Positions 34,593-44,527 of a stretch of 54,684 nt of DNA are shown in pieces; the stretch's first letter is position 1; each line of letters begins with the position of its first letter. Made by a program: the position numbers and the translations under genes. Location of the stretch: positions 1-54,684 of IMG/VR virus record IMGVR_UViG_3300010399_000045; one strand, given 5' to 3'. This DNA is from a virus. Its lineage: Duplodnaviria; Caudoviricetes. Under the pieces are notes generated by a model. That model searched no databases and was not told where the DNA came from. It saw only the letters and a program-made list of their open reading frames with translations.

Positions 34593-35489
34593 ATGCCCCC
34601 ACGTGCCTCACAAGACGGTTACACCGCTGCTGGCCCGATCGCCATCGGCGCAGGTGCGGCCGCGTTTATTGTCGCAATGATGGTCATCTTCGGCTCCTGG
34701 TACACCATCGATCAGACCCAGCGCGGTGTGCTACTGCGCAACGGCGCCTTCGTCGAGGTCGTCCAGCCCGGCCTGCACTTCAAGTTGCCTTGGTTCGAAA
34801 ACGTCGTGAAGATCGACATGCAGACGCACACCACGACCTACGACAAGATGGAGGCGTACTCAGCCGATCAGCAGCCGGCGCACCTGCGCGTGTCCGTTAC
34901 CCGGCACGTCGCGGCCGACAAGGTCCCGGAGATGTACTCGCGTTTTGCCGGTGACACCGACGCCGCTGTGCAGCGCCTCATCGCCCCGCACGTCTACGAG
35001 CGCACCAAGGTCGTGTTCGGCCAGTACACAGCCGCCCGCGCGATCTCCAGTCGCGGCCAGCTCAACGCCGACGCGGCCAAGAGCTTGATCGAGGCCATCG
35101 CCTACGATCCGGTCTTCGTCATCGAGTCCACCCAGATCGAAGACATCACCTTCAGCGGCGACTACATCAAGTCCGTGGAGAGTCGCATGCAGGCCGAGGT
35201 GGAGGTGCTGCGCCTGCGGCAGAATCTGGAGCGCGAGAAGGTGCAGGCTGACATCGCTGTGACGCAGGCGACCGGCCGCGCTAACTCGGTGCGGGCCGAA
35301 GCCCAGGCACAGGCAGATGCGATCACACTCCGGGGCAATGCGGAGGCAACAGCAATTCGCGCGCGTGGTGCAGCGTTAGGGGACAATCCCAACCTTGTTT
35401 CCCTCACGCAGGCTGAACGGTGGAATGGTGTACTGCCGACCACCATGCTTCCACAAGGCTCGGTGCCTATGCTCACGCTGGGGCGCTGA
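34593..35489 (+). CDS. SPFH/band-7 (prohibitin) family membrane protein
   Basis: TM + RGVLLRNG...PGLHFKLPW; AEAQAQADA; ERWNGVLP. Confidence 0.88.
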   Translation: MPPRASQDGYTAAGPIAIGAGAAAFIVAMMVIFGSWYTIDQTQRGVLLRNGAFVEVVQPGLHFKLPWFENVVKIDMQTHTTTYDKMEAYSADQQPAHLRVSVTRHVAADKVPEMYSRFAGDTDAAVQRLIAPHVYERTKVVFGQYTAARAISSRGQLNADAAKSLIEAIAYDPVFVIESTQIEDITFSGDYIKSVESRMQAEVEVLRLRQNLEREKVQADIAVTQATGRANSVRAEAQAQADAITLRGNAEATAIRARGAALGDNPNLVSLTQAERWNGVLPTTMLPQGSVPMLTLGR

Positions 35490-35569
35490 TTGCTCCTTAA
35501 AAGGAACAAAACCCAGTGCACATGCCGTAAATGCCGGGCATGCGCATCGGACCAAAAACCGGGGTTGAC

Positions 35570-35806
35570 ATGACGACACTGCGGCCAGAGGTACGCTGCG
35601 TCGGCGCGACCGACGCCTGCGGTCAGGTCAGCGGCGTCTGTCCCTGCTGCGAGCTTGTCAATGCGCGGCCTCCGAAGCGCTGGCGCTCTCCGCGGGTGTG
35701 TCCTCGCTGCGGAGATCGCTGCACCAAGATCTTCCATCTGAGCACCGGCAAGTACGAGTGCCAGATCTGCGACCACAGATACGACCCGCCGGAGAGACGC
35801 GCATGA
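35570..35806 (+). CDS. Small Cys-rich Zn-finger protein
   Basis: CPRC...CQIC. Confidence 0.45.
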   Translation: MTTLRPEVRCVGATDACGQVSGVCPCCELVNARPPKRWRSPRVCPRCGDRCTKIFHLSTGKYECQICDHRYDPPERRA

Positions 35807-36099
35807 TCAGGACCATCATCGTCCATCCGGATATGGGGATCTACCTGGGCAGCTGCATGGGCATGGGATTCTTCTCATTGCTCGACGCGGTAGGGCAGGA
35901 CCGCGCAGTTGTGTTCCTCGACGAGCCCCAGGCGCGCGACCACGTGGCGCACCGGGAAAATAACAACGATCCTGATGCGTACCAGTACAAACAGGTAAAC
36001 GTCAAAGACGACTACTACGCCGACCCGAATGAACTGCTGTCGGCCGGATTACCTGAGATGTTCGTCTTACCTTTGATGACCCCGGAGGGCCACGCATGA
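35803..36099 (+). CDS. Hypothetical protein
   Basis: GGAG RBS, ATGA overlaps. Confidence 0.55.
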   Translation: MIRTIIVHPDMGIYLGSCMGMGFFSLLDAVGQDRAVVFLDEPQARDHVAHRENNNDPDAYQYKQVNVKDDYYADPNELLSAGLPEMFVLPLMTPEGHA

Positions 36100-36536
36100 C
36101 CAACACCCTCATGATCCCCGCGAGCGCACTGCTCGCGCTGCTGGAGCAGTACCCCGACGTCAAGATTGAACTCGTCAAGAATGCCACCCTCCAGGTGGCG
36201 GAGGCGCTGCGCAAGCGCATCGATCGATCGGAGCTGTCCAAGGAGATCGTCGAAGACATCCGCGCGCAGCTCGCCGGCAACTTCTCGCGCTACAACCTGC
36301 CCAAGACCCTGCTCGCTGTGATCGACGATGCGGCGAAGCACGCCGTCGACGAGAAGATCAACAGCAAGGTCACGGAGGAAGCGCGCAAACTGCTCGATGA
36401 GACTGTCAAACGACAGCTGGAAGCTTGGCGTCGTCAGATCGACATCGAGGTGCGTGTGAAGGTCACCGAGGCCGCCGAGAAGCAGGTCAGCGCGATGCTC
36501 GCCGCGGCGGCCAAGATCGGGCGGGGCGCGCGGTGA
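36096..36536 (+). CDS. Hypothetical protein
   Basis: GGAGG RBS, coupled to sbcC-like gene. Confidence 0.65.
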   Translation: MTNTLMIPASALLALLEQYPDVKIELVKNATLQVAEALRKRIDRSELSKEIVEDIRAQLAGNFSRYNLPKTLLAVIDDAAKHAVDEKINSKVTEEARKLLDETVKRQLEAWRRQIDIEVRVKVTEAAEKQVSAMLAAAAKIGRGAR

Positions 36537-38467
36537 TACTGTCGCTCGACCGGCTCGAGATCTCCTGCTTCAAGTCGTTCGGTGCGCCGGCGACGTTCGA
36601 CCTGCGCGTGCTCGAACCTGGGCTGCACCTGCTCGCGGGGGAGACTGGCGACGCGGCGATGGGTTCGAACGGCGCAGGCAAGAGCACCGTCTGGGATGCG
36701 TTGTGCTGGTGCCTGTACGGCATCACCCCGCGGGGGCTGCGCGGACCACAGATCAGGCCGTGGGTGGGGGAGGGGCAGACGAAGGTCGCGCTGACCTGGC
36801 GTGCGGACAACAAGACGCGCACCTGCACACGCACCGCGACACCGAACAGTCTGCGGCTTGACGACGTCGACGCCGGGCAGGAAGACGTCACCCGCGCCTT
36901 CGGCCTGTCCCAGCCGGTGCTGCTGCACACGCTACTGTTCGGGCAGGCGCAGCCGCTGTTCCTCGACCTCGAACCGCGTCGCAAGATGGAGATCCTGTCA
37001 GAGGTGCTGGAGCTCGAGCGCTGGGACAGGCGCGCGCAGGCCGCCTCCGACAAAGCGAAGCGCTGGCGCCTACGCACCGAACAGTCAAATATCGAGGCGG
37101 CGTCAGCGCTGGAGCAGGAGGAGCGCCTGCGTGAGATGCTGGCGCGCGCGAAGACAGACTCGGCGGACTGGGAGGAGGTCAGAAGGGCGAAGCGCGAGAA
37201 GCGCGCGGCCATGATCACCGAGCTGCAGCAGGTGCTCGAGGTACAGGGGAAGCGCCAGGCCGACGCCGAGCTCGCACTGGACGGCGCTGAGACGGAGCGG
37301 CGGGCCTGCGCACGCGAGGTCGACCAGATGATCGACTGCATACAGGGTCGGCGCGTCGAGTACAACGGTATCAAGGTCGAGCGCGAGGTGGCGGATCGCG
37401 AGGTCGTGCGGCTGCGCGGCAACCTGAAAAAAATGCAGGCGGGTCGCTGCCCGGAGTGCGGTCAGAACATCGCGGCGGGACACCGAGCGAAGCATGAGAA
37501 GGCGCTCACCGCGGCGAAGAAGAACGCGCAGAAGCTGGCGGGACCACTTGCTGAGTGCGGGGAGGAGCTCGTAGAACTGGAGGCAAAGCGTACGCGCGCA
37601 GCACAGGCGGCGTCCGAGTTCTCGCGCAAGGCTGACAGGGCACGGGACGACCTCGATCTGATACAACGCGAGGTCGCCACAGCGCAAGCGCAGTTGAACG
37701 CGCTAGAGGGGGAGGAGGTCGAGGAGAACCCACACCTCGCGCGGGTCGCCGACCTGAGGGCGGCTGTCCGCAAGATCGCGGCAAAGTGCGGCGAGGCCGG
37801 CAAGCAGGCGCGGAAGTTCGAGGCGGCAGGCGAGCGTGCCGAGTCCTGGGTCAAGGGGTTCAGGGAGATACGGTTGTACCTGCTCGACGACGTACTCGCC
37901 GAGCTAGAGATCGTGACGACAGGGCTGCTGGAGGGGTTCGGGATGCCGGGCTGGCGGGTACGACACGTGGTCGAGCGCGAGACCAAGTCAGGCAGCGTGC
38001 GGCGCGGTCTGACTACGATGATCTCGGTGCCGGGGAGCCCGGAGGAGGTGCAGTGGGAGAACTGGTCGGGAGGGGAGGCGCAGCGGCTGCGGCTGATCGG
38101 ATCGATGGCGCTGTCGCACGTGCTGCTCGACCGCGCGGGCCTGCAGATCGACACCGAGATCTGGGACGAGCCGTCCCAGCACCTGTCGGAGGCCGGCATC
38201 GTCGCGATGTGCGACGTGCTCGCTGACAGGGCGCGCGATACCAAACGTCGGGTGATCTATTGCGATCACCACGTGATAGACGGCGCCAGGTTCGAGTCGA
38301 CGATCCGCGTCGTCAAAGACGCGAACGGATCGAGGATCGAGGGTGCCGCCGCGGCACGGGCCTCCCTGCGTCAGGAGCTAACACCGCAGGGAGACCCGGC
38401 CCGCGCCCCGGCGATGGCGTGCCGGGCCGAAGAGCGTCAAAGTTTGCGGCGGATCCGCAAGAAGTAG
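36533..38467 (+). CDS. SbcC/Rad50-like SMC ATPase
   Basis: FKSF, GSNGAGKST, CPECGQ zinc hook, SGGE, DEP, DH. Confidence 0.9.
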   Translation: MILSLDRLEISCFKSFGAPATFDLRVLEPGLHLLAGETGDAAMGSNGAGKSTVWDALCWCLYGITPRGLRGPQIRPWVGEGQTKVALTWRADNKTRTCTRTATPNSLRLDDVDAGQEDVTRAFGLSQPVLLHTLLFGQAQPLFLDLEPRRKMEILSEVLELERWDRRAQAASDKAKRWRLRTEQSNIEAASALEQEERLREMLARAKTDSADWEEVRRAKREKRAAMITELQQVLEVQGKRQADAELALDGAETERRACAREVDQMIDCIQGRRVEYNGIKVEREVADREVVRLRGNLKKMQAGRCPECGQNIAAGHRAKHEKALTAAKKNAQKLAGPLAECGEELVELEAKRTRAAQAASEFSRKADRARDDLDLIQREVATAQAQLNALEGEEVEENPHLARVADLRAAVRKIAAKCGEAGKQARKFEAAGERAESWVKGFREIRLYLLDDVLAELEIVTTGLLEGFGMPGWRVRHVVERETKSGSVRRGLTTMISVPGSPEEVQWENWSGGEAQRLRLIGSMALSHVLLDRAGLQIDTEIWDEPSQHLSEAGIVAMCDVLADRARDTKRRVIYCDHHVIDGARFESTIRVVKDANGSRIEGAAAARASLRQELTPQGDPARAPAMACRAEERQSLRRIRKK

Positions 38468-38901
38468 AACAACCCGCCGAGGACGATCCAGGCGGATAGG
38501 GCAGCTAGCAATCCGACGGTGGCGAACAGCACAGCGACGAAGGCTGTCCCGATCCAGGGCCACTCACCCCAGGTGCGCGGCGACCATATCCTGATGTAGC
38601 ACAGCCCTCCGATAGCGAGCACGGCGGCGCCCACAAGGATGATCTTGTCCTGGTGCAGGACGATAAAATCAGGTGGCAGGCCGGCGTTGGAGCGGGTACG
38701 CACCCACCAGATAACCCCAGCCTTGACCATCTCCCCGGAGAACACAGCACCCAGGGAGATCGCGGCGCGCGCGCGTAGCCGGCTGTACCCGAAGGATGCC
38801 ATCTCGATCCAGAGGTACCGCGCGACCAGGAAGGCCATGCCGGAGAAGATCGCCAGGATGCCAGCGTTGACGGCTTCCAGCAGTTGTGAGTTCAAGGTCA
38901 T
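38437..38901 (-). CDS. Multi-pass membrane protein
   Basis: Four or more hydrophobic helices; end of late operon, overlaps the sbcC 3' end. Confidence 0.65.
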   Translation of the reverse strand: MTLNSQLLEAVNAGILAIFSGMAFLVARYLWIEMASFGYSRLRARAAISLGAVFSGEMVKAGVIWWVRTRSNAGLPPDFIVLHQDKIILVGAAVLAIGGLCYIRIWSPRTWGEWPWIGTAFVAVLFATVGLLAALSAWIVLGGLFYFLRIRRKL

Positions 38902-39152
38902 CTGTCATTGTGCTCCGCTGAACGTCGAACATCCTCGTCCCGGCGAAAGTCATGCGCCAGAACGTCGAACATGTCGGCGCCGTCCACGTCGTCCGGGTCG
39001 TGCCTTGTGATCTCCTCTGCCTTCTGCTGCATACGGCTCACCTCGGTGCGTAGTTCTGAAGATGCCGCGTCGGCGGCACGCTTCATCTCGTGATCCTCGC
39101 TGCCGAGGAACAGGACCTTCATGAACTGGAAGATCTTCCGCAGTCTATCCAC
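38898..39152 (-). CDS. Hypothetical protein (start uncertain)
   Basis: Coupled ORF in late operon. Confidence 0.55.
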   Translation of the reverse strand: MDRLRKIFQFMKVLFLGSEDHEMKRAADAASSELRTEVSRMQQKAEEITRHDPDDVDGADMFDVLAHDFRRDEDVRRSAEHNDR

Positions 39153-39474
39153 TGGCGGTGTCCCTGTTGCGGCGGCCATCTCCCAGTTCTCTCTGCCGGA
39201 TCTCGTTTGATACACGAGAACTTTCCGACAACGAGGTCACCACCTGTCGGATGACCCGCATCTCCTCGACCACCTTGTTGATTATTGCATTATTGGCTGC
39301 GAAGGCTTCGGCCGAGGCCTTCGCGTCGTCAACACGTGTCTGCCATGACTTGATCAGCAGCTGTACCGCGCGTATCGCGAGGACCCAACCAGCGAGCGCG
39401 AGCAGACCAATCGGTCCAGACTCGATCAGCGCGCGGACGATCGCGGCGATCGCTGCAGTTACAGGATCGACCAT
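39145..39474 (-). CDS. Small membrane protein (holin-like)
   Basis: GPIGLLALAGWVLAI TM followed by helical tail. Confidence 0.5.
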   Translation of the reverse strand: MVDPVTAAIAAIVRALIESGPIGLLALAGWVLAIRAVQLLIKSWQTRVDDAKASAEAFAANNAIINKVVEEMRVIRQVVTSLSESSRVSNEIRQRELGDGRRNRDTASG

Positions 39475-39478
39475 AAAA

Positions 39479-40072
39479 TTAACGAGTCACGGTTGCGGAA
39501 ACGTTAGGCATCGGCGTGTAGGACGGTCGGTACCAACCGAAGGGTCCGCACTCGTGTCTGGCGAACGCGCGGTGAGTCAGCGGACCGGGCAGGCAGTCCT
39601 CCGGCATGACGATCTGTCGGCACTTGGCGTCGACCTTACCAATATTTGCCGGAGTTGAGATCGTGTAGACCGGATAGTCAAACCGCCTCTCGATCACCAG
39701 GTTAAGTTCAGGCGGTGCGCCTGGGGCGCGCACGTAGCAGGTCACGTTGTAGATGAGCTCCGAGCGGCACACCTTGAACCACTCAACGCCCTCGAAGCAG
39801 AGGTTCGCCTTCTTGCCGGCCTGGACCGTGTCCGGGACGAACTTCGTCTGCGATGGTTCCCCGTAAGTGACTACACGCTCGTTGCGCCACGGAGCAAGTA
39901 CCTCGCTGTTCCACAAGGTGACCCCACCGCCGACCAGGACAGCGCCGAGCACGGGTGCCAGATAACGCTGGCGCCCTCGTCTCGGTGGGAACTTCCCACT
40001 GCTCGGCGCCGTGCTGCCGAGATTTTGATCGATCATGATACTGTTCCCTGAGGTTTTGGCGCCGTTGACCAT
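39479..40072 (-). CDS. Membrane-anchored Cys-containing hypothetical protein
   Basis: One TM, several Cys in the C-terminal domain. Confidence 0.55.
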   Translation of the reverse strand: MVNGAKTSGNSIMIDQNLGSTAPSSGKFPPRRGRQRYLAPVLGAVLVGGGVTLWNSEVLAPWRNERVVTYGEPSQTKFVPDTVQAGKKANLCFEGVEWFKVCRSELIYNVTCYVRAPGAPPELNLVIERRFDYPVYTISTPANIGKVDAKCRQIVMPEDCLPGPLTHRAFARHECGPFGWYRPSYTPMPNVSATVTR

Positions 40073-40197
40073 CCCCTGAAGCTCCTTTTGCCGCCCTTTT
40101 CTAAACCAAACGAGGAAAATCCCCGGGCCACGCGGGGGCTTGACCGGCGGCAGCTTTTTTATCAGACCACCGCCGGATCGTTCGCGGGCCTGACCTT

Positions 40198-40422
40198 TCA
40201 GGACGGATCGTCGGGGATGTCCTTGTTGAACTCGGCGAGGTCACTGTCGAACTCCGCCTCGACCTCTGCCAGCTCAGCGTCGGTGATCGTTCCCTTCTGG
40301 CCGCCCTCGGACAGGCGCTTCATGCGATCGATGATCTTGACAACCTCAGGGGTCGCGTTGATGACCTGCTCGAGGACGCCGAGGCCTTTGCCCAGCAGCT
40401 CCATGATCTTTACGTAGTCCAT
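40198..40422 (-). CDS. Hypothetical protein (lysis module)
   Basis: AGGAG RBS. Confidence 0.65.
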   Translation of the reverse strand: MDYVKIMELLGKGLGVLEQVINATPEVVKIIDRMKRLSEGGQKGTITDAELAEVEAEFDSDLAEFNKDIPDDPS

Positions 40423-40460
40423 CTTTCTACTCCTTTGCGCTTGACCGTCGCGCGGTTCCG

Positions 40461-40835
40461 CTACTGCGTGACACCGCTCGCGACGGCGATGCGCTTGGCG
40501 TTGGACATCAGCTGGGTGAGCTGATTGTACACGACCAGCGCGTTGACCTGATCGTTCTCCTTAACGAAGCCGCGCAGCTGTGCGACCAGCGGCGGCACCT
40601 GCCGTGTGTAGACCTGGATCGCGCGGATGTTGGCGCGGCAATGCACGTCCGCGGCACCGCGCAGGCACGACCGTCGGTAGACGAGCAGGCTCTTGGTGGC
40701 GAGGTCGAGTGTCTGCTCGACCTGCGCAAGCGTGGTGCGATCGACCGGGTTGTCGACCGAGCCGGTGAGGATGCGAAGCTGCGCGCAGCCGGCGAGGCTG
40801 GCAGCGATGAGAACCGCGGCGAGAAGACGCTTCAT
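40461..40835 (-). CDS. Lipoprotein (possible spanin component)
   Basis: MKRLLAAVLIAASLAGC lipobox; downstream of endolysin and holin. Confidence 0.65.
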   Translation of the reverse strand: MKRLLAAVLIAASLAGCAQLRILTGSVDNPVDRTTLAQVEQTLDLATKSLLVYRRSCLRGAADVHCRANIRAIQVYTRQVPPLVAQLRGFVKENDQVNALVVYNQLTQLMSNAKRIAVASGVTQ

Positions 40836-41131
40836 TTCGGCACCACCTTCATGGTTGCACTGGATACGATGTTGGTCTCAGGGGTGTCGTGCGCGGTCTG
40901 CGCGTCGGTCACGACGGTGAAGCCCTTTTGGGCTGCGGCGGCCTGTGCGAGCGCCTTCGGGCGATTGATCCACCAGGCCCACGCACCACCGACCGCGGTG
41001 GTCGCGCCTGCGGCGATGTACGCGGCCATATCCTGGTCGATATAGCCCTTGCCGACGAGCTTCACCAACACCGCCATCACGGCGGCGTAGACCAGGCGCT
41101 CGGCGATGCCTTTTGTTTGATCTGTGTTCAT
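40832..41131 (-). CDS. Putative holin (2 TM)
   Basis: Two hydrophobic helices, directly after the endolysin. Confidence 0.6.
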   Translation of the reverse strand: MNTDQTKGIAERLVYAAVMAVLVKLVGKGYIDQDMAAYIAAGATTAVGGAWAWWINRPKALAQAAAAQKGFTVVTDAQTAHDTPETNIVSSATMKVVPK

Positions 41132-41137
41132 GACGTT

Positions 41138-42049
41138 TCAGTTTTGCTCCTTCTTCGCCGGGGACGTGCGGGCGCTGCGCTCGGCGAGTGCCGAGGCGAC
41201 AGCGGCGCGGGTGACGGGTCCGGCGATCCCGTCTACCGCGAGGTGGTGGTCGCGCTGGAAGGCGCGTACAGCGGCGGCGGTGCGCCTGCCGTAGCTCCCG
41301 TCGACCGTCAGTGGGGTACCCTCGACGCCCAGCATGTTGAGTCCGCGCTGTAGGTCCGCGCAGGTGTCGAGCTCGACACGCTGGGATGCCTTTTTCGGGC
41401 TGGGTGCGGGATCGCCAGGAGGCGTTTCTGGCACGGGCTGTAGGGGGGTGGCGGACAAGGTCGGAATAAGCCCCAGGTCGGGCGCGAGCTCGATCATGCG
41501 CAGCATGACCGGGACGACGCCGAGCTGCCCGTCCTCGTGATTAGGATCCCACCTCCCGTCCCGTATGTACTTGCCGCGGGTGTAGTGATCGGTGCCGGCC
41601 CACAGGTAGCCAGTATTGATGCCGTGGTTGCGCGGGCCGAAGCCGTTCCAGGCCTCCGCACGGTAGCAGCAGTAAGGCAGGGTCCAGGGGCCCCTATCAC
41701 CAACGAGACTGTCGTAGGTCAGCGCGTCGATCGCGGCGTACTCCCAGGTCACCGGAAAGCCCATTCCCGGGAGAAGCTTCGGTCGACCCTTGGGCACGTG
41801 GGTACTGGGTCGAGACAACGGGTCGCCCTGCGCGAGGTTGGTTTTGAAGTCGAAGTCAGACTCGCGCATGTGCAGGGTGGCGAGCAGTAGGACAGGCACG
41901 TCGGTCGACCTGGTGACTTCCTCGTAGCGCGCGCGGTGGGACAGACCGAGCCGCGCTGCCTTGTCAACAGCGGACGTACGGGTGATCTTCACGGTAGCCA
42001 GAAGCCGCTCATACTCGGGCCGCAGCTGATCGAACGTCGGGTGCTTCAT
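41138..42049 (-). CDS. Endolysin (lysozyme-like catalytic domain + peptidoglycan-binding domain)
   Basis: LHMRES...QGDP, EAWNGFG, YLWAGT..Y..GKY..DG; VDGSYGRRTAAAVRAFQRDHHLAVDGIAGPVT. Confidence 0.88.
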   Translation of the reverse strand: MKHPTFDQLRPEYERLLATVKITRTSAVDKAARLGLSHRARYEEVTRSTDVPVLLLATLHMRESDFDFKTNLAQGDPLSRPSTHVPKGRPKLLPGMGFPVTWEYAAIDALTYDSLVGDRGPWTLPYCCYRAEAWNGFGPRNHGINTGYLWAGTDHYTRGKYIRDGRWDPNHEDGQLGVVPVMLRMIELAPDLGLIPTLSATPLQPVPETPPGDPAPSPKKASQRVELDTCADLQRGLNMLGVEGTPLTVDGSYGRRTAAAVRAFQRDHHLAVDGIAGPVTRAAVASALAERSARTSPAKKEQN

Positions 42050-42062
42050 CTGAAGTAACTTT

Positions 42063-43169
42063 TTACAGGGTGATGGTGATCGGACGGGCAACGATCTGGG
42101 AGCCCGGTAGTCGGGTGTCGGCGTAGATGATCAGGAACGAGTTCCCGGTCGTCTTCAGCATGGTCATCCGAAACGTCGTCGTACTGTCGATCGTCGTCAG
42201 GTGACCCCAAGACTCGCCGTTGTCCTCAGAGAAGAGCAGGTAGAGGCCCGTACCTGGAATTGAGTAACCGAGAACGACGACCCCGTTGTCCAGGACGACC
42301 ACCTGCGGCGCATCACCACCGAGTGTCTGATCGACAGCGATCGAGACAGCGAGCGGTGTCGAGGTCGACCCCAGATCTCCGGACGACACGGTGTAATAGA
42401 TCGGCGTCGTCAGGATCGGCGCTTCCTGGGTTGCCACCCGCGTGCCGGAACGCGCGAAGCAGAGGACAGATCCGTTCGCCGCGATGCCGGCGCAGTTGAC
42501 GGTCGAACCCTCCATCGACACCATCGGCACAGGAATGATGTCCAGCAGATCGGGATCGAGATTGGTCCCCCGGCCGAGCGCCAGGTTGTTGAAGATCGTC
42601 GTTGGCGGCCCCCACGTAGCCCCTTTGTCTAACGACAGGCTTCGGACGACCCGCGCTTTCATGGTACCGTAGGCGGTTGGCCAGCAGGCGGCCGGAGTCA
42701 CGTCCCCCGTGTGGAGACCGTAAAACAAGGCCATGAGGTTGCCAGAGGCAAGTTTGACGACGCCTCTGTCAAATATCATGGAAGGGACGCGGGACTCGCC
42801 CGGTGGATTATAAGCGACAGACGAGGCCTGCGTGACGGCCCCCGATTCCCCTGTTACTGTCACCCAGTCGTTTGTTGATCGACGCTGGGCAAGTGACCAT
42901 GGCGAGGCTGATCCTGTCAGCTGCCGCGACATGGACAGGATCTCGTTCGACGCGACGTAGAGTGCCGCCACCTCGCCCGTCCCCAGCCCGGGCCCGGGCG
43001 CTGTACGTCCTCCGATCGGCGTCGGTCCCCAGGACACACCGTTTGCCGACCAGGCGCTGGTCGAGGGGCCGGCAGCGACACAAAACGTGCCGTCTGCAAA
43101 GCGGAACGCGCGGGTGTCGATCGCCGCGGGGATCGGCGAGAGGGCACCGGCCGTCAGTGTGAAGCTCAT
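42063..43169 (-). CDS. BNR/Asp-box beta-propeller (sialidase-like) protein
   Basis: SLDKGATW, SEDNGESW. Confidence 0.7.
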   Translation of the reverse strand: MSFTLTAGALSPIPAAIDTRAFRFADGTFCVAAGPSTSAWSANGVSWGPTPIGGRTAPGPGLGTGEVAALYVASNEILSMSRQLTGSASPWSLAQRRSTNDWVTVTGESGAVTQASSVAYNPPGESRVPSMIFDRGVVKLASGNLMALFYGLHTGDVTPAACWPTAYGTMKARVVRSLSLDKGATWGPPTTIFNNLALGRGTNLDPDLLDIIPVPMVSMEGSTVNCAGIAANGSVLCFARSGTRVATQEAPILTTPIYYTVSSGDLGSTSTPLAVSIAVDQTLGGDAPQVVVLDNGVVVLGYSIPGTGLYLLFSEDNGESWGHLTTIDSTTTFRMTMLKTTGNSFLIIYADTRLPGSQIVARPITITL

Positions 43170-44527
43170 GAGACCCGCACCTCAAGCGGAGTCGACACGG
43201 GCGAGCTGTCAACAGTCGACGTACCGCTGAGCGTGAACTCGGTAGTCGCCGACAACATGCCGGTGGTCTTGTAGCTATTGGGATTGACCGAGAGGTTGGT
43301 GTACGGTCCGCCGTTTAGCTTTAGGTTAGTCGCGCGGATCGAGAACCACTGCAGAAGCGCCGAACGGCCGCTCTTTACACCCCACGGCGTCGCGATCGTC
43401 TGGATGTACGCGTTATTCTGCTGACCGTCGACGTCGACCACGATCTGACGCGCGACGAAGTCGCCGGCCGTCGTCGAGTAATACACCAAAAGGACCGTGT
43501 TCCAGCCGATCTGCACCAGGTCGAGGTCGTTGCCCGAGTTCGTCAGCTTGAGGACCGTTCCCCAGCCCGACCGACCGCCGTCTTCCGAGAACGCGACGTA
43601 GCCGTACGGCTCGCAGAAGGTCATGCACACAACGCCATTGCCGAGTACAGCGAGGCGTGTCGAGGCGGATCTGATGATGCCGCTGTTCTGGGAACCGACA
43701 GGTGCGGTCGCGCGGGGGAGATCCCAGTCGTACCCGTTGGGTGAGCGGATGAGATAGATCGGCGTGTGCGGAACGGGCGCCGTCGCGACGCTCTTGCGCG
43801 AGCCTGACCGTACCGCGACCAGATAGTGCCTGTTGGGCGGCCCTTCACGGCACATTCCCGCCTCGTTCATACCCTCCTGGTCCAGGGTTGGTGCCTCCGC
43901 CAGATCCCAGCCCTGCGCGTCGGGCTGTGTTCCCCGCACCAGCATCTTGTCGTAGCCGATCGTCTTGGCGTTCCCCCAGGTCGACCCGTAGGGCGGCGGG
44001 GAGTACATGACGATGCTGCGCGACTTGATGGCCCCGTACACTGCTGGGTAACCATCGTAGAGCCTGGTGTCACCGACGTTGTTGCCGAAGAACGTGGCGA
44101 TCAGCTCGCCGGTGTCGGTGAACTGAACCCCGTGGTGCTCGATGTATGCCGGGCTGGTGTCACCCGCGTCACCGGTGAAGGGCTTCGCGTCGGGGGCTGT
44201 GCAGGCACCTGACAACGAGCTGACAGCGCCCCAGTCATTCGTCGACATGCGGTACGGCAACGCGTACGGCGACATCTCGCCGGTCATGGTTGCCTGGAGG
44301 GCGATGATCCCGCCGTTGCCATCGGTGTAGGTGGCAACCTGCTCACCGCTCGCGCATCCCGGACCAGGATCTACCCGCCCGCCGATCGGCGTCGGACCCC
44401 AGGTACCGCCGCCGTCGCTCGTCCACGCACCTTTAACAGCGATGGTGCCGTCGCAGAAGCGGAAGGGATGGACGTCCTGGCATCCGGGAATCACGTTCTC
44501 AGCGCCGAGCGTAAGCGTGATGCTCAC
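43166..44527 (-). CDS. BNR/Asp-box beta-propeller protein with C-terminal Ig-like segment
   Basis: TSDGGGTW, SEDGGRSGW; paralogous to the neighbouring gene. Confidence 0.7.
   Translation of the reverse strand: MSITLTLGAENVIPGCQDVHPFRFCDGTIAVKGAWTSDGGGTWGPTPIGGRVDPGPGCASGEQVATYTDGNGGIIALQATMTGEMSPYALPYRMSTNDWGAVSSLSGACTAPDAKPFTGDAGDTSPAYIEHHGVQFTDTGELIATFFGNNVGDTRLYDGYPAVYGAIKSRSIVMYSPPPYGSTWGNAKTIGYDKMLVRGTQPDAQGWDLAEAPTLDQEGMNEAGMCREGPPNRHYLVAVRSGSRKSVATAPVPHTPIYLIRSPNGYDWDLPRATAPVGSQNSGIIRSASTRLAVLGNGVVCMTFCEPYGYVAFSEDGGRSGWGTVLKLTNSGNDLDLVQIGWNTVLLVYYSTTAGDFVARQIVVDVDGQQNNAYIQTIATPWGVKSGRSALLQWFSIRATNLKLNGGPYTNLSVNPNSYKTTGMLSATTEFTLSGTSTVDSSPVSTPLEVRVS

Noticed and set aside
40075-40197. 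Intergenic inverted repeats in the lysis region as an ncRNA or terminator
   Set aside because: Pairings are short and inconsistent, with no clear hairpin plus U tract on the coding strand
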